Shown here piece by piece: positions 50,562-58,483 of a stretch of DNA of 64,000 nt. The notes below the pieces were generated by a model. It saw nothing but the letters and a program-made list of their open reading frames with translations. It had not been told where the DNA came from and searched no databases. This DNA comes from a virus: IMG/VR virus record IMGVR_UViG_3300021960_000030, positions 1-64,000 of that record, one strand, 5' to 3'. The translations under genes were made by a program, and so were the position numbers. Position 1 is the stretch's first letter; each line of letters opens with the position of its first letter.

Positions 50562-51206
50562 TTAAGTAATGCCTACAGGGACAACATTGAATGAGATAGT
50601 GATACGATTATCCCCTAGGTTTGATTCATATCCATGAGTCAGATTAGGAGGATAGATTAACACAGTTCCCTCGTTATGAGGTACATAGCACTCGGGTTGA
50701 TTGAATGCGGTTTCTTTACTACATTCGATCTGCAATGCTGGGAAATGAGTAGAAACAACGTGTCGTCTAAACTTCAATGGAGAATGAACTTTCTTGTCTA
50801 GATTGAGAAAATACGTTCCCGAATACAGAGCATTAGAATGTTCATGTGGAGCATAGATTGCACCCTCTGATGCTATCTCTAGGTAGGACTCTTGTATGTC
50901 AAATCTTGATGCATAGCACCAGGCATTTTCGTTGTGTTTGGATACTAGATCAAGCAGGATTGTTTTCAGTTCAGGCAGATCATTTAGCAGTTCATTGTCA
51001 TTCCCTACAGTGACAACATTGTGAGAAATCATTCTCCTACCATGATCAGGATTGAGATCCTTAGTTCTCATCCAGGAGAGGATTTGTTGTTTGACGTTGT
51101 TATGATCGGGAACGTCAAATGCAGAGATGGCAGAAGGGAAACATGCGAAGGTTTGATTCTTATGTAATACCTCTTCAGTGAGATTGTCAGAGAGTTGATC
51201 AGTCAT
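50562..51206 (-). CDS. Putative 2OG-Fe(II) oxygenase, TIGR02466-like (likely start MTDQ)
   Basis: PHEHSNALYSGTYFL, GTVLIYPPNLTHGYESN and RITISFNV. Confidence 0.85.
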   Translation of the reverse strand: MTDQLSDNLTEEVLHKNQTFACFPSAISAFDVPDHNNVKQQILSWMRTKDLNPDHGRRMISHNVVTVGNDNELLNDLPELKTILLDLVSKHNENAWCYASRFDIQESYLEIASEGAIYAPHEHSNALYSGTYFLNLDKKVHSPLKFRRHVVSTHFPALQIECSKETAFNQPECYVPHNEGTVLIYPPNLTHGYESNLGDNRITISFNVVPVGIT

Positions 51207-51208
51207 GT

Positions 51209-51622
51209 TTAGCGAAGATAGAGATAATGACCTGCCCAATCTGCTTTACGATAACACTCTTCGCGAGAGTTCTTATCAAACAGATTGAAACGAATGCCTT
51301 TGGCAGGTTTAGAAATGGAGGCGGGTTTATATACGTCACCCGTCACCTTATCTATGAAACAATGAACAGAACGGGATCCGCTCTGATTCATCATCACTTT
51401 AGCATACTTGCGTCCTTCTTCTACATCAAAGGAAATGCGCCAATCAAAACGATCTTCGCGGATTGCATCCAGTTGTGATTGGAAATAACCCGTATCATCA
51501 GCACCTTTACTAACCTGATGACGATAGGACTTTACAGTGTAGAGTCGATAATCTTGCTCCAGTGATTCACACAAACAGGCGATCAAAGTGTTGAGCGGAG
51601 TGTTGTTCAGAGTTTCGAGCAT
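51209..51622 (-). CDS. Phage hypothetical protein
   Basis: GRKYAKV..SVHCFIDKVTGDVYKPAS..PAKGIRFNL..DWAGHYLY, a motif I recognise from T4-like phage early regions. Confidence 0.8.
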   Translation of the reverse strand: MLETLNNTPLNTLIACLCESLEQDYRLYTVKSYRHQVSKGADDTGYFQSQLDAIREDRFDWRISFDVEEGRKYAKVMMNQSGSRSVHCFIDKVTGDVYKPASISKPAKGIRFNLFDKNSREECYRKADWAGHYLYLR

Positions 51623-51627
51623 TTGAT

Positions 51628-51792
51628 TCAGTTAGCGGTGCGTTGAATGAGATTGCCAGTCAGGTGAAATGCTTCGCCAGTGTGGTAACGAACGCCAGGA
51701 AAAAGAATAAACGAAACGACGAAGATGATGCCAATGAGTTTCACTTTTCTGGGGTCAAGTGGTTTGCAAGTGAGGCGCTTACGGCGTGCCAT
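51628..51792 (-). CDS. 54-aa membrane peptide; not in ORF track
   Basis: MARRKRLTCKPLDPRKVKLIGIIFVVSFILFPGVRY..; fills the gap between two genes. Confidence 0.55.
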   Translation of the reverse strand: MARRKRLTCKPLDPRKVKLIGIIFVVSFILFPGVRYHTGEAFHLTGNLIQRTAN

Positions 51793-51796
51793 TGTA

Positions 51797-52129
51797 TCAA
51801 CCGAGGCGCATGGAAGAGAAGAAAGGAACGATGGAAATACCTTGGGCAGTGTTCATCGAAACGAACCAATCGAAGTTCTTTTGAAACACACCATCACCCG
51901 ATTCGCCGTGCTCTTTGAGAATAGCATTCAGGCGGGATTTGGTGGTGTTGGATTGCCAACCACCATCGAAAAGACGGATGTAAGTCTCACCCACGTCTGC
52001 AATGTGATTGCCGTGCAGATACACTTTAGACTCACCAGTGTCGGCGTCAAAGGTAACAGAAGTGTTACCAGATTGCCAGTTCACGTTGTTGGTGATGGCG
52101 GCGTTCATTTGGGTTTCGATCTTACGCAT
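51797..52129 (-). CDS. Early hypothetical protein
   Basis: VYLHGNHIA..GGWQSNTTKSRLNAIL..GVFQKNFDWFV; downstream of a palindromic promoter. Confidence 0.8.
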   Translation of the reverse strand: MRKIETQMNAAITNNVNWQSGNTSVTFDADTGESKVYLHGNHIADVGETYIRLFDGGWQSNTTKSRLNAILKEHGESGDGVFQKNFDWFVSMNTAQGISIVPFFSSMRLG

Positions 52130-52185
52130 GATTGAGAAGAGAGTGGTTTGCGGGGGGCGGTGCTCTGTGCCCCTCCGATGAAACT

Positions 52186-52243
52186 AATATAGGGCATTTG
52201 GGGGGTCTGTGCCAGAATGGTGGACACTCTGCCGACTGGCACA
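52186..52243 (-). promoter_or_regulatory. Early promoter copy 1 (imperfect palindrome plus -10 TATATT)
   Basis: Plus strand GTGGACAC at 52220 and ACTGGCACA ending 52243; -10 at 52186-52191. Confidence 0.7.
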
Positions 52244-52251
52244 GGAGTTCT

Positions 52252-52425
52252 TTACTCTTCTAGCAACTCGGGATAGTATTCTCCAACCTCATCAATCAGT
52301 TCCTTTTCACTATATCCATCCAGGTTTTCATCCAGTTGATCATATACCAATGCGATGAGATCTTTGAGGTCCATGCCATCAATGATTTGATTGATGTATG
52401 CTGCTTGGAGTTCTTCGCGGTTCAT
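52252..52425 (-). CDS. 57-aa acidic hypothetical protein; not in ORF track
   Basis: MNREELQAAYINQIIDGMDLKDLIALVYDQLDENL..YYPELLEE. Confidence 0.65.
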   Translation of the reverse strand: MNREELQAAYINQIIDGMDLKDLIALVYDQLDENLDGYSEKELIDEVGEYYPELLEE

Positions 52426-52464
52426 GATTGTTGAGGTGATTGTGTTAGTCAGCGTTGCGCGTTC

Positions 52465-52626
52465 TTATCGGTAATCAGCGCAAACTTCATCATAGGATGC
52501 GCCAACTGGGATTTGTTTGCAGAATCGTTCTAACTTAGCGTCCTGCAGTTGTGAGACTGCCTCTATAGCACGGAGACCCATGATTCCACCACAAAGTAGA
52601 ACGATTGCAACGAGAATAAGACGCAT
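52465..52626 (-). CDS. 53-aa protein with N-terminal hydrophobic helix; not in ORF track
   Basis: MRLILVAIVLLCGGIMGLRAIEAVSQLQD.. Confidence 0.55.
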   Translation of the reverse strand: MRLILVAIVLLCGGIMGLRAIEAVSQLQDAKLERFCKQIPVGASYDEVCADYR

Positions 52627-52634
52627 GATGTTAA

Positions 52635-52814
52635 TCAGAGACCGTTGATAAAGTCAGCGAGTGCCTCATCGTACTCTGCTTTAGTGTTAAAAACACGACC
52701 GTGAATCTCACGGGGATAGGTAGCATCAACACCGACACTTGCTACCATCTGGCAGTCAGCGACATCGTAACCCATTTCAACGAGAGTAGCAACGTAGGGA
52801 TTGGAGATTGTCAT
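52635..52814 (-). CDS. 59-aa hypothetical protein; not in ORF track
   Basis: MTISNPYVATLVEMGYDVADCQ..EYDEALADFINGL. Confidence 0.6.
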   Translation of the reverse strand: MTISNPYVATLVEMGYDVADCQMVASVGVDATYPREIHGRVFNTKAEYDEALADFINGL

Positions 52815-52846
52815 TTGTTTGTGTTAGTTAGTTGGAAAAGATTGAA

Positions 52847-53119
52847 TCAGTAACGAGAATCACCTGCGATGATTTCATCATCCAGTTCTGCATCAAAAGC
52901 AGCAGATTGCCAGTTAAAGTAGAACAAATCCCATGCAGCATTGTCACAAACAAAGGAGTGACAATCTGCCTGATCACATACCCAATCGTATGCCATATCA
53001 CAATCGGCGTTGTTATCGATGGTGAAAGATTGCAGACCTTCGATTGCACCCAGGAACGCAGGATCCTCAACCAGGGAGACGTGCGCCTTGCCAGTTTCGG
53101 GGTCGTGGATGAGAGTCAT
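52847..53119 (-). CDS. Hypothetical protein (likely start MTLIHD, downstream of promoter copy 2)
   Basis: The ORF-track start at 53155 lies upstream of the TATAAT box, so the next ATG is preferred. Confidence 0.65.
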   Translation of the reverse strand: MTLIHDPETGKAHVSLVEDPAFLGAIEGLQSFTIDNNADCDMAYDWVCDQADCHSFVCDNAAWDLFYFNWQSAAFDAELDDEIIAGDSRY

Positions 53120-53144
53120 GAGTCGTTTCGTTTGGTGTCCCCTT

Positions 53145-53204
53145 ATTATAGGCATGGGGTTGGGCGGTTTCGGGGGTGGAGTGGACAGTTAACACATTGT
53201 CCCC
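53145..53204 (-). promoter_or_regulatory. Early promoter copy 2 (palindrome plus TATAAT)
   Basis: GTGGACAGT 53181-53189, ATTGTCCCC 53196-53204; -10 at 53145-53150. Confidence 0.7.
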
Positions 53205-53225
53205 CATGTGTTAAGAATGTTGGAT

Positions 53226-53507
53226 TTATTTAACACATGCTGCGGAGAGGTTTGCTACCTTGAAGCGTGCAATCTCATCGGGGGTGTTATCAACCAGCAC
53301 AGGAGTGTCGTTGAAACTGATACGAACGATGGAAGGATTCATTTCCTGCCACTCACGCAAAGTGAGGCGACGAACATCACCCGAATCAGGAAAAGAGGTC
53401 AGTTTCTTGATAGTTTTGAACTCGCTGGCAGTGGTATCATCAGCGAAGAAATACTTCAGTTCCCGACGATACGTTGCAGTCGTGATTGCGTTGGGAAGGA
53501 GTTGCAT
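53226..53507 (-). CDS. Hypothetical protein (likely start MQLLPN)
   Basis: Start lies downstream of promoter copy 3. Confidence 0.65.
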   Translation of the reverse strand: MQLLPNAITTATYRRELKYFFADDTTASEFKTIKKLTSFPDSGDVRRLTLREWQEMNPSIVRISFNDTPVLVDNTPDEIARFKVANLSAACVK

Positions 53508-53532
53508 TTGATTGCGTTTCTTTGACTCTCTT

Positions 53533-53591
53533 AGAATACACGCTTTTGGGCGCTTGTGCGGGTTTGGTGGACAGTTTGTGGAACTGTCACA
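53533..53591 (-). promoter_or_regulatory. Early promoter copy 3 (palindrome plus TATTCT)
   Basis: GTGGACAGT 53567-53575, ACTGTCACA 53583-53591. Confidence 0.7.
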
Positions 53592-53832
53592 CCACTCGCT
53601 CAGTGTAGACAGTTTCCTCCACACAATAGTAGAGGGATTCTGATTTTAAGTTGATAAACTGCAGCACTTTCATTGTCAACAATGCGATGCGTTCTTGTCC
53701 ACCATTGCTATACCAGTTGCGTGCACTTTTTGCAGCGTAGGTAACAACACCAATCCAGAATGCAAGGATGGTAGCAATGTGGAACAGCATGTTGTGAATG
53801 AAAGTGAAGTAGTTGTCAGCGAAAGTTTTCAT
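53587..53832 (-). CDS. Hypothetical membrane protein
   Basis: Hydrophobic segment MLFHIATILAFWIGVVTYAA. Confidence 0.6.
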   Translation of the reverse strand: MKTFADNYFTFIHNMLFHIATILAFWIGVVTYAAKSARNWYSNGGQERIALLTMKVLQFINLKSESLYYCVEETVYTERVV

Positions 53833-53901
53833 CGGTTGATTGCTTTGAAGAAGAAGATTAGTCCACCAAGAGTCAACAAACCAGTTGCAATCAGTGAAGC
53901 A

Positions 53902-54120
53902 TTAACTACATCCATAGTTCTCCATGTATTCGGTGAGAGTATAACCCTCGTCGTCAGTATTGGTTTCTGCGATTAACTGTTCGAGAGTGTAGTTGTTGAG
54001 ATCCTCACGATACTCTTCTGTCGTTGGATCTACATCAGGATCGAAATCATCATGGCAGAGATAATCCCACTCTGCACACAATGCATCGATGAGTTGTTCT
54101 CTGGTGTATTCAGTAGTCAT
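53902..54120 (-). CDS. Acidic hypothetical protein
   Basis: Packed ORF: YTREQLIDALCAEWDYLCHDDFDP. Confidence 0.7.
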   Translation of the reverse strand: MTTEYTREQLIDALCAEWDYLCHDDFDPDVDPTTEEYREDLNNYTLEQLIAETNTDDEGYTLTEYMENYGCS

Positions 54121-54322
54121 ACTGATGGAATGTGCAGTTTTGATCGAGTTTGTTCAGTTGTTCGTAGTATTTGAGGAAGATTGTATCAATCGTGCTGTAG
54201 TAGGGTTCGTTAGCACTTGGATACCCACATTCTCGTGCGTTCTCTATAAAATGCAGCAGGCAACTAACTTCTTCATTATCGAACTGAATAGCATTGAAGA
54301 CTTCAGAAACCGAAACTGTCAT
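54110..54322 (-). CDS. Hypothetical protein
   Basis: Overlaps both neighbours in operon fashion. Confidence 0.6.
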   Translation of the reverse strand: MTVSVSEVFNAIQFDNEEVSCLLHFIENARECGYPSANEPYYSTIDTIFLKYYEQLNKLDQNCTFHQYDY

Positions 54323-54444
54323 TTGTTGTAAGGAGAGTTGAAGAAACGACGGAAAGCAGTAACAACAATGATAAACGCCGAAACAACACCAACCAAACCA
54401 AGGTAGGTAACAGCATCGCCAGTGAAAGTGTAAGTGTCAGGCAT
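54319..54444 (-). CDS. 41-aa single-helix membrane peptide; not in ORF track
   Basis: MPDTYTFTGDAVTYLGLVGVVSAFIIVVTAFRRFFNSPYNK; coupled start/stop on both sides. Confidence 0.6.
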   Translation of the reverse strand: MPDTYTFTGDAVTYLGLVGVVSAFIIVVTAFRRFFNSPYNK

Positions 54445-54710
54445 CAATCAAAAACAGGGAGTACAGGTGGACGATTTCGGAAAAAGTCACGTCGAACTTC
54501 TTCCATAATCTTTGGAGGAGTGCCATAGTAACCAAGGTGCATCCAGTAACAGTCAATCAATCGAAGATCTTGCTCTCTTCGATTGTCTTCATCGTAGGGA
54601 TCTAGTTGTGTGAAGTGAGCACAATAGACCACAATCTCATGAGGAATCTTATCAACAGCGAACCCCACAGATGGGGGTTGCTGGATATAAATGGGGACAG
54701 TCATCAGCAC
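54444..54710 (-). CDS. Hypothetical protein
   Basis: Coupled ORF; exact start uncertain. Confidence 0.6.
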   Translation of the reverse strand: MLMTVPIYIQQPPSVGFAVDKIPHEIVVYCAHFTQLDPYDEDNRREQDLRLIDCYWMHLGYYGTPPKIMEEVRRDFFRNRPPVLPVFD

Positions 54711-54943
54711 ATCACAGGAGAATAGTCAGAACCGTTGTATGCACGGAGGTTGAAGTCAACAACCTGAGCACCGTTAGCAATAAGATTGCGGATGTCGTAG
54801 AGTGCGTCAGTCTTAACAACAGTGGAGAAAGAGGTCATCTCAGACTCAGCACCAGGATGCCAGATCACACGCTTAACAAAACGCTTTGCAGCAGGACTGC
54901 AAGGGTAGAAGTCAACTTGAGTGGCAGAGTTGGTCAGTTGCAT
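54704..54943 (-). CDS. Early hypothetical protein
   Basis: First gene after promoter copy 4. Confidence 0.7.
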   Translation of the reverse strand: MQLTNSATQVDFYPCSPAAKRFVKRVIWHPGAESEMTSFSTVVKTDALYDIRNLIANGAQVVDFNLRAYNGSDYSPVMC

Positions 54944-54969
54944 GTGGTGGGTGTTCCTTTGACTCTTTT

Positions 54970-55028
54970 AATATACAGGAGATTGGGGGTCTGTGCTGGT
55001 CTAGTGGACGCTTTGACCAAGTGGCACA
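54970..55028 (-). promoter_or_regulatory. Early promoter copy 4 (palindrome plus TATATT)
   Basis: GTGGACGCT 55004-55012, AGTGGCACA 55020-55028. Confidence 0.65.
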
Positions 55029-55232
55029 TCAGTCACCTGAGAGGTGCCCCGACTGCTGCAGCATGGCGACCTCACGATCCCAGGCAGCATTGTTCTCTTT
55101 ACATTGGCGAATAAACTCAGGATCATTTGCCATTGCTTCGGCAGCAGATTCGAGATCTTGGATGTTACCATCCCACATGATATTTCTGGATTGATTGTAC
55201 TGGTTGAACCAGTGAGAGTCATACTTAGGCAT
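55029..55232 (-). CDS. Hypothetical protein (likely start MPKYDS)
   Basis: Start downstream of promoter copy 5. Confidence 0.6.
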   Translation of the reverse strand: MPKYDSHWFNQYNQSRNIMWDGNIQDLESAAEAMANDPEFIRQCKENNAAWDREVAMLQQSGHLSGD

Positions 55233-55248
55233 TTCCCTCACCTCAGAT

Positions 55249-55307
55249 ACAATACACCCCTGAGACCCTTCCACAAGCGCCTGTAGGACGGTTCAAAGAC
55301 TGTCCTA
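55249..55307 (-). promoter_or_regulatory. Early promoter copy 5 (palindrome plus TATTGT)
   Basis: TAGGACGGT 55284-55292, ACTGTCCTA 55299-55307. Confidence 0.55.
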
Positions 55308-55342
55308 GGGGCATAGGGGGTCTAGGGGTCAAATAGACTATT

Positions 55343-55588
55343 CTAACCTGCTGCAATGTCATCTACCTCAAAGAACCTAACTACTTCCTCATAAGGTATA
55401 TCAATGTCACTGGTTTCAGTGATCGATTGATGCATCATCCACTCACGATAAGTGCCAATCCTATCAATCGTGTCCCACACTTCCGTCGTGAGATCATCAT
55501 TGGCGTAACTCTCAGTCTCCAGGTGATATGATGCGAGTGCATCCATGATGATGTTGAGTTGACGGATTGTGAGACGTTTGGGTGTCAT
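55343..55588 (-). CDS. Hypothetical protein
   Basis: ATGA overlap with the upstream ORF. Confidence 0.65.
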   Translation of the reverse strand: MTPKRLTIRQLNIIMDALASYHLETESYANDDLTTEVWDTIDRIGTYREWMMHQSITETSDIDIPYEEVVRFFEVDDIAAG

Positions 55589-55800
55589 AGTGATTGATTC
55601 TGATAGTGCAAATGTGAGTCATTCACTGAGAGATTAGGATCATGATCACTGAAGATGCAAATGATTGCATCATCATTCTCTACTGTGACACGCTCACGTT
55701 TTTCATGATAGAGATTATATGCGAACTCTCTCGCATAGTCAATATCATCGAAGTCCCATGTTTGTTCTACTGGGCGCTTCTGTCGTACTGTTATTGCCAT
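55585..55800 (-). CDS. Hypothetical protein
   Basis: Packed ORF. Confidence 0.6.
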   Translation of the reverse strand: MAITVRQKRPVEQTWDFDDIDYAREFAYNLYHEKRERVTVENDDAIICIFSDHDPNLSVNDSHLHYQNQSL

Positions 55801-55945
55801 GGATCTTTGATTACTAACTCGTGTGCTGCTTGTTGTCTAATCTTGGATGCAACGTAACGTTCATCCTCTGAACCCCATTTCCATCCCATAAACACACCAA
55901 CCTTAAATCCAATCGCAAATCCGAGTGCAAATGTGAGTGATGGAA

Positions 55946-56206
55946 TCACAGTTCATCTTCCTCAATGATGTCAGAGTAATCTACACCATGTTCATCTAGA
56001 ACTCTCTTGGCATGAGATGTAATCATGTCGATGAAGTCTTGCTCAGTGAAGTCATTGAAGATAGACCAACGTTCATCATTAGGGTCCCACTCTATTTGTA
56101 GAGTGCCATCCTCATTTTCGCTTACCCTTAGACCGTCGTCCTCGGATGTTAGTGCTGGTGCTAAATCCTCCTTCGGATTCTGGTCTGGGGTCAATGACTT
56201 CGACAT
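55946..56206 (-). CDS. Acidic hypothetical protein
   Basis: LRVSENEDGTLQIEWDPNDERWSIFNDFTEQDF. Confidence 0.65.
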   Translation of the reverse strand: MSKSLTPDQNPKEDLAPALTSEDDGLRVSENEDGTLQIEWDPNDERWSIFNDFTEQDFIDMITSHAKRVLDEHGVDYSDIIEEDEL

Positions 56207-56351
56207 GGCAAATGTACTGTGAAAAGTTCCAATAAACTGTCAGGACTTCATCGTATGAATGAAACACTTTACAGGTGTCATCCTTGCACCATACTTTATA
56301 CCAATGGCGATCATATGGTGCTTCAGATGTGACTGTAAAGTGTTGGGTCAT
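56112..56351 (-). CDS. Hypothetical protein (3' end overlaps the next gene by ~95 nt)
   Basis: FTVTSEAPYDRHWYKV..HVEVID; coupled to the upstream stop. Confidence 0.6.
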   Translation of the reverse strand: MTQHFTVTSEAPYDRHWYKVWCKDDTCKVFHSYDEVLTVYWNFSQYICHVEVIDPRPESEGGFSTSTNIRGRRSKGKRK

Positions 56352-56578
56352 TAGTCAAACATTTCGTTGCGTTTCTGACAGAGAAAGTCTAGCACAATCT
56401 CTCGCCATTCCATCAACTCATAGAAACACTCTTGATTGTGTGCACATTGACGGAGTTCATGGTCTGGTTTGAGAACTGACTCATAGAATAAACCCCACCC
56501 ATCACGCATTTTCTGGGTTTTGATAGGATCCATCTCTTCATGCATTTCAAATGTTGCAAACTTGTAGTATTTAAGCAT
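56351..56578 (-). CDS. Hypothetical protein
   Basis: GWGLFYESVLKPDHELRQCAHNQECFYELMEWR. Confidence 0.7.
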   Translation of the reverse strand: MLKYYKFATFEMHEEMDPIKTQKMRDGWGLFYESVLKPDHELRQCAHNQECFYELMEWREIVLDFLCQKRNEMFD

Positions 56579-56583
56579 AAAAG

Positions 56584-56617
56584 TGAGGAAATCCTTACGT
56601 CTTTAAGGATTTCCTCA
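56584..56617 (-). terminator. Perfect 14-bp hairpin, probable terminator or processing site
   Basis: TGAGGAAATCCTTA-6 nt-TAAGGATTTCCTCA followed by CTTTT on the minus strand. Confidence 0.6.
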
Positions 56618-56628
56618 TATTTACTTAA

Positions 56629-56811
56629 TCAAACTTCTTGAAACTTACCGTTCTTCCATTGTGCAAACTCGGGGTTGACTACATACCGTCCCTCTACAGG
56701 AGACCACAGAATCGGGTTGGGTTGAGCAACATTTTCGGCGTTGCGAATAGCATTACGGGATTGTGCAACCAGTTCCTCGATAGTGTAACGAGCGGGGCGA
56801 ACTCCGTACAT
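56629..56811 (-). CDS. Hypothetical protein (likely start MYGVRP)
   Basis: Start downstream of promoter copy 6. Confidence 0.6.
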   Translation of the reverse strand: MYGVRPARYTIEELVAQSRNAIRNAENVAQPNPILWSPVEGRYVVNPEFAQWKNGKFQEV

Positions 56812-56833
56812 TTGGTGTCTTTGTTTGGTACCC

Positions 56834-57403
56834 TCATAGTATAGGCACAGGATTGCGGAGATCCAGGGGATCGTGGACAGCAAGTGGACTGGCACACTTC
56901 CAGACGTACCCGAGACTGTATCGAATAGGTTCACTCACAGGAGGGCAACCTTGATGCCATATTGTACTGTCAAACAGCACTAATCGCCCTGGTTTGCACT
57001 CAACATGCATAGTTTCACCCTGTTCAGTATAAAACAGAGTGTCACCATCGCCTCTGATGTAATACAGACCACTGATTCTGTCGCTTCCCTTTAGAACATC
57101 CCAATCCGTGTGACTTTGGGCGTTCTGCCCAGGCGTCTGCACGTTCAGCAGGCAGCGATCAAGTTTTTGGATTCTATAATCCAACAGGATGTCATTGCAC
57201 ACTACCATATGCAAATAGTCCACAAACCAATGAGGAGCAATGGGTGCAATCCATCGCTCCTCATCGATAAGCAACTGACCAAAGAACCGACTCACTTCAT
57301 ACTGACCGTAGGGTGAGTTGGTATAGGTTACAGGTATAAGTTGAAACTCTTCTGCATTCTTATTCACCATCCATTGTGGGAAATAGTTATCAACTATCAA
57401 CAT
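56834..57403 (-). CDS. 2OG-Fe(II) oxygenase
   Basis: HTD..GDTLFY..PGRLVLFDSTIWHQG..RYSL (HxD..H..R). Confidence 0.85.
   Translation of the reverse strand: MLIVDNYFPQWMVNKNAEEFQLIPVTYTNSPYGQYEVSRFFGQLLIDEERWIAPIAPHWFVDYLHMVVCNDILLDYRIQKLDRCLLNVQTPGQNAQSHTDWDVLKGSDRISGLYYIRGDGDTLFYTEQGETMHVECKPGRLVLFDSTIWHQGCPPVSEPIRYSLGYVWKCASPLAVHDPLDLRNPVPIL
56838..56896 (-). promoter_or_regulatory. Early promoter copy 6 (palindrome plus TATACT), inside the 3' end of an oxygenase gene
   Basis: GTGGACAG 56873-56880, ACTGGCACA 56888-56896. Confidence 0.65.
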
Positions 57404-57905
57404 GTTGAATACGTTCAGAAATAACCTTAATCATGATAGCACGGATCTCTTCAGGGGCAAAACCTTGAGTGTTAAAGAAGCACGAGTTGCTACCAGCATT
57501 ATATGTATCAAACCCATCAAGGTGTGCAACGTTGAGTGCCTTACCGATCACACCATCAGAGTATGCACCCTCACCGATTGCAAAGGTGACGTATGACACA
57601 TCAGGGTTAATCTTGCGGCAGATGTAGTTGTTCTTGAACCAGCGTTCGATAGCATTACCAGCATCTTGCTGCTTCTTACCTTCAAACACTGCGATCAGTT
57701 TGCCCTTGTAGAACCATGCACCACCATCAGGTTCGCAGGCACCTTTACCACCAGGGATCTGATTCTTCTTCAACTTCTTCTGCAATGTCACACCAGTATA
57801 TTGCAGAACGTCTGCAATCTCTTCCTTGATGACTTTACATTGGTTGTCAAGTTTGCGAGCATGTGCATCAGTAGCAACCATGCCTTTCTGAATGCCGCCT
57901 GCCAT
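57390..57905 (-). CDS. EcoRI/MunI-family type II restriction endonuclease-like protein (171 aa from MAGGIQ)
   Basis: CEPDGG..AVFEGKKQ..AGNAIERWFKN..YVTFAIGEG parallels EcoRI KPDGG..AEAKHQ..AGNAIERSHKN..YVLFLEG. Confidence 0.8.
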   Translation of the reverse strand: MAGGIQKGMVATDAHARKLDNQCKVIKEEIADVLQYTGVTLQKKLKKNQIPGGKGACEPDGGAWFYKGKLIAVFEGKKQQDAGNAIERWFKNNYICRKINPDVSYVTFAIGEGAYSDGVIGKALNVAHLDGFDTYNAGSNSCFFNTQGFAPEEIRAIMIKVISERIQHVDS

Positions 57906-57930
57906 TGTCTTGTGTCGTTTGGACTTCTTC

Positions 57931-57991
57931 ATTATACACACAGAAAAGGGGCGGTGGTGCCGCCCCATGTGGAGGTTGATGGACTGTCACA
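57931..57991 (-). promoter_or_regulatory. Early promoter copy 7 (degenerate palindrome plus TATAAT) upstream of the endonuclease
   Basis: ACTGTCACA 57983-57991; -10 at 57931-57936. Confidence 0.6.
57944..57966 (-). terminator. Intrinsic terminator after the lysozyme-family gene
   Basis: GGGGCGG-CACCA-CCGCCCC-TTTT on the minus strand. Confidence 0.7.
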
Positions 57992-58478
57992 TTGTATATT
58001 TCAGTTTCATCTTTCGATGGTATTGATATGCAAAGTGGGTTCGATTGCCATGGATACCCCAACCCAACCAGGGATAAGAATCACGCACATATTGTGGGAT
58101 TGTTTTCCCTGGGGTTTTCATCCTAGGCAGAATGCCTTGGAACTGCTGCTCATTGTAGAGATAACGGAGTTGTCCTTCCAACGAGTCAACATTGCAGGTA
58201 TGCTTATAGCAAAACTTTGCTAGTCCGTTATACCTGTGTATTGTGGTCCATTGAATCAAACCAAATCCACCAGACTTGCATCCATAATATCCTGTGAGTG
58301 CACCACCTTCGCAAACGAGATGATTAAAGTTGCTTTCTTGCTTGATGTTACCCATCAGTGCAGCGAGAGCATTCTTATCCTTGATCCCTTTTTCTTGAAA
58401 GAACGAGAGTGTTCTTTGTTCGGCAGGGGTACAAGTTTCACATTGATATATGGGTGCAGGAGGTTGATCGTAAAGCAT
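57987..58478 (-). CDS. Phage tail lysozyme-family (Phage_lysozyme2-like) cell-wall hydrolase
   Basis: ALAALMGNIKQESNF..GGFGLIQWT..R..LEGQLRYL..E. Confidence 0.8.
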   Translation of the reverse strand: MLYDQPPAPIYQCETCTPAEQRTLSFFQEKGIKDKNALAALMGNIKQESNFNHLVCEGGALTGYYGCKSGGFGLIQWTTIHRYNGLAKFCYKHTCNVDSLEGQLRYLYNEQQFQGILPRMKTPGKTIPQYVRDSYPWLGWGIHGNRTHFAYQYHRKMKLKYTM

Positions 58479-58483
58479 TAGAT

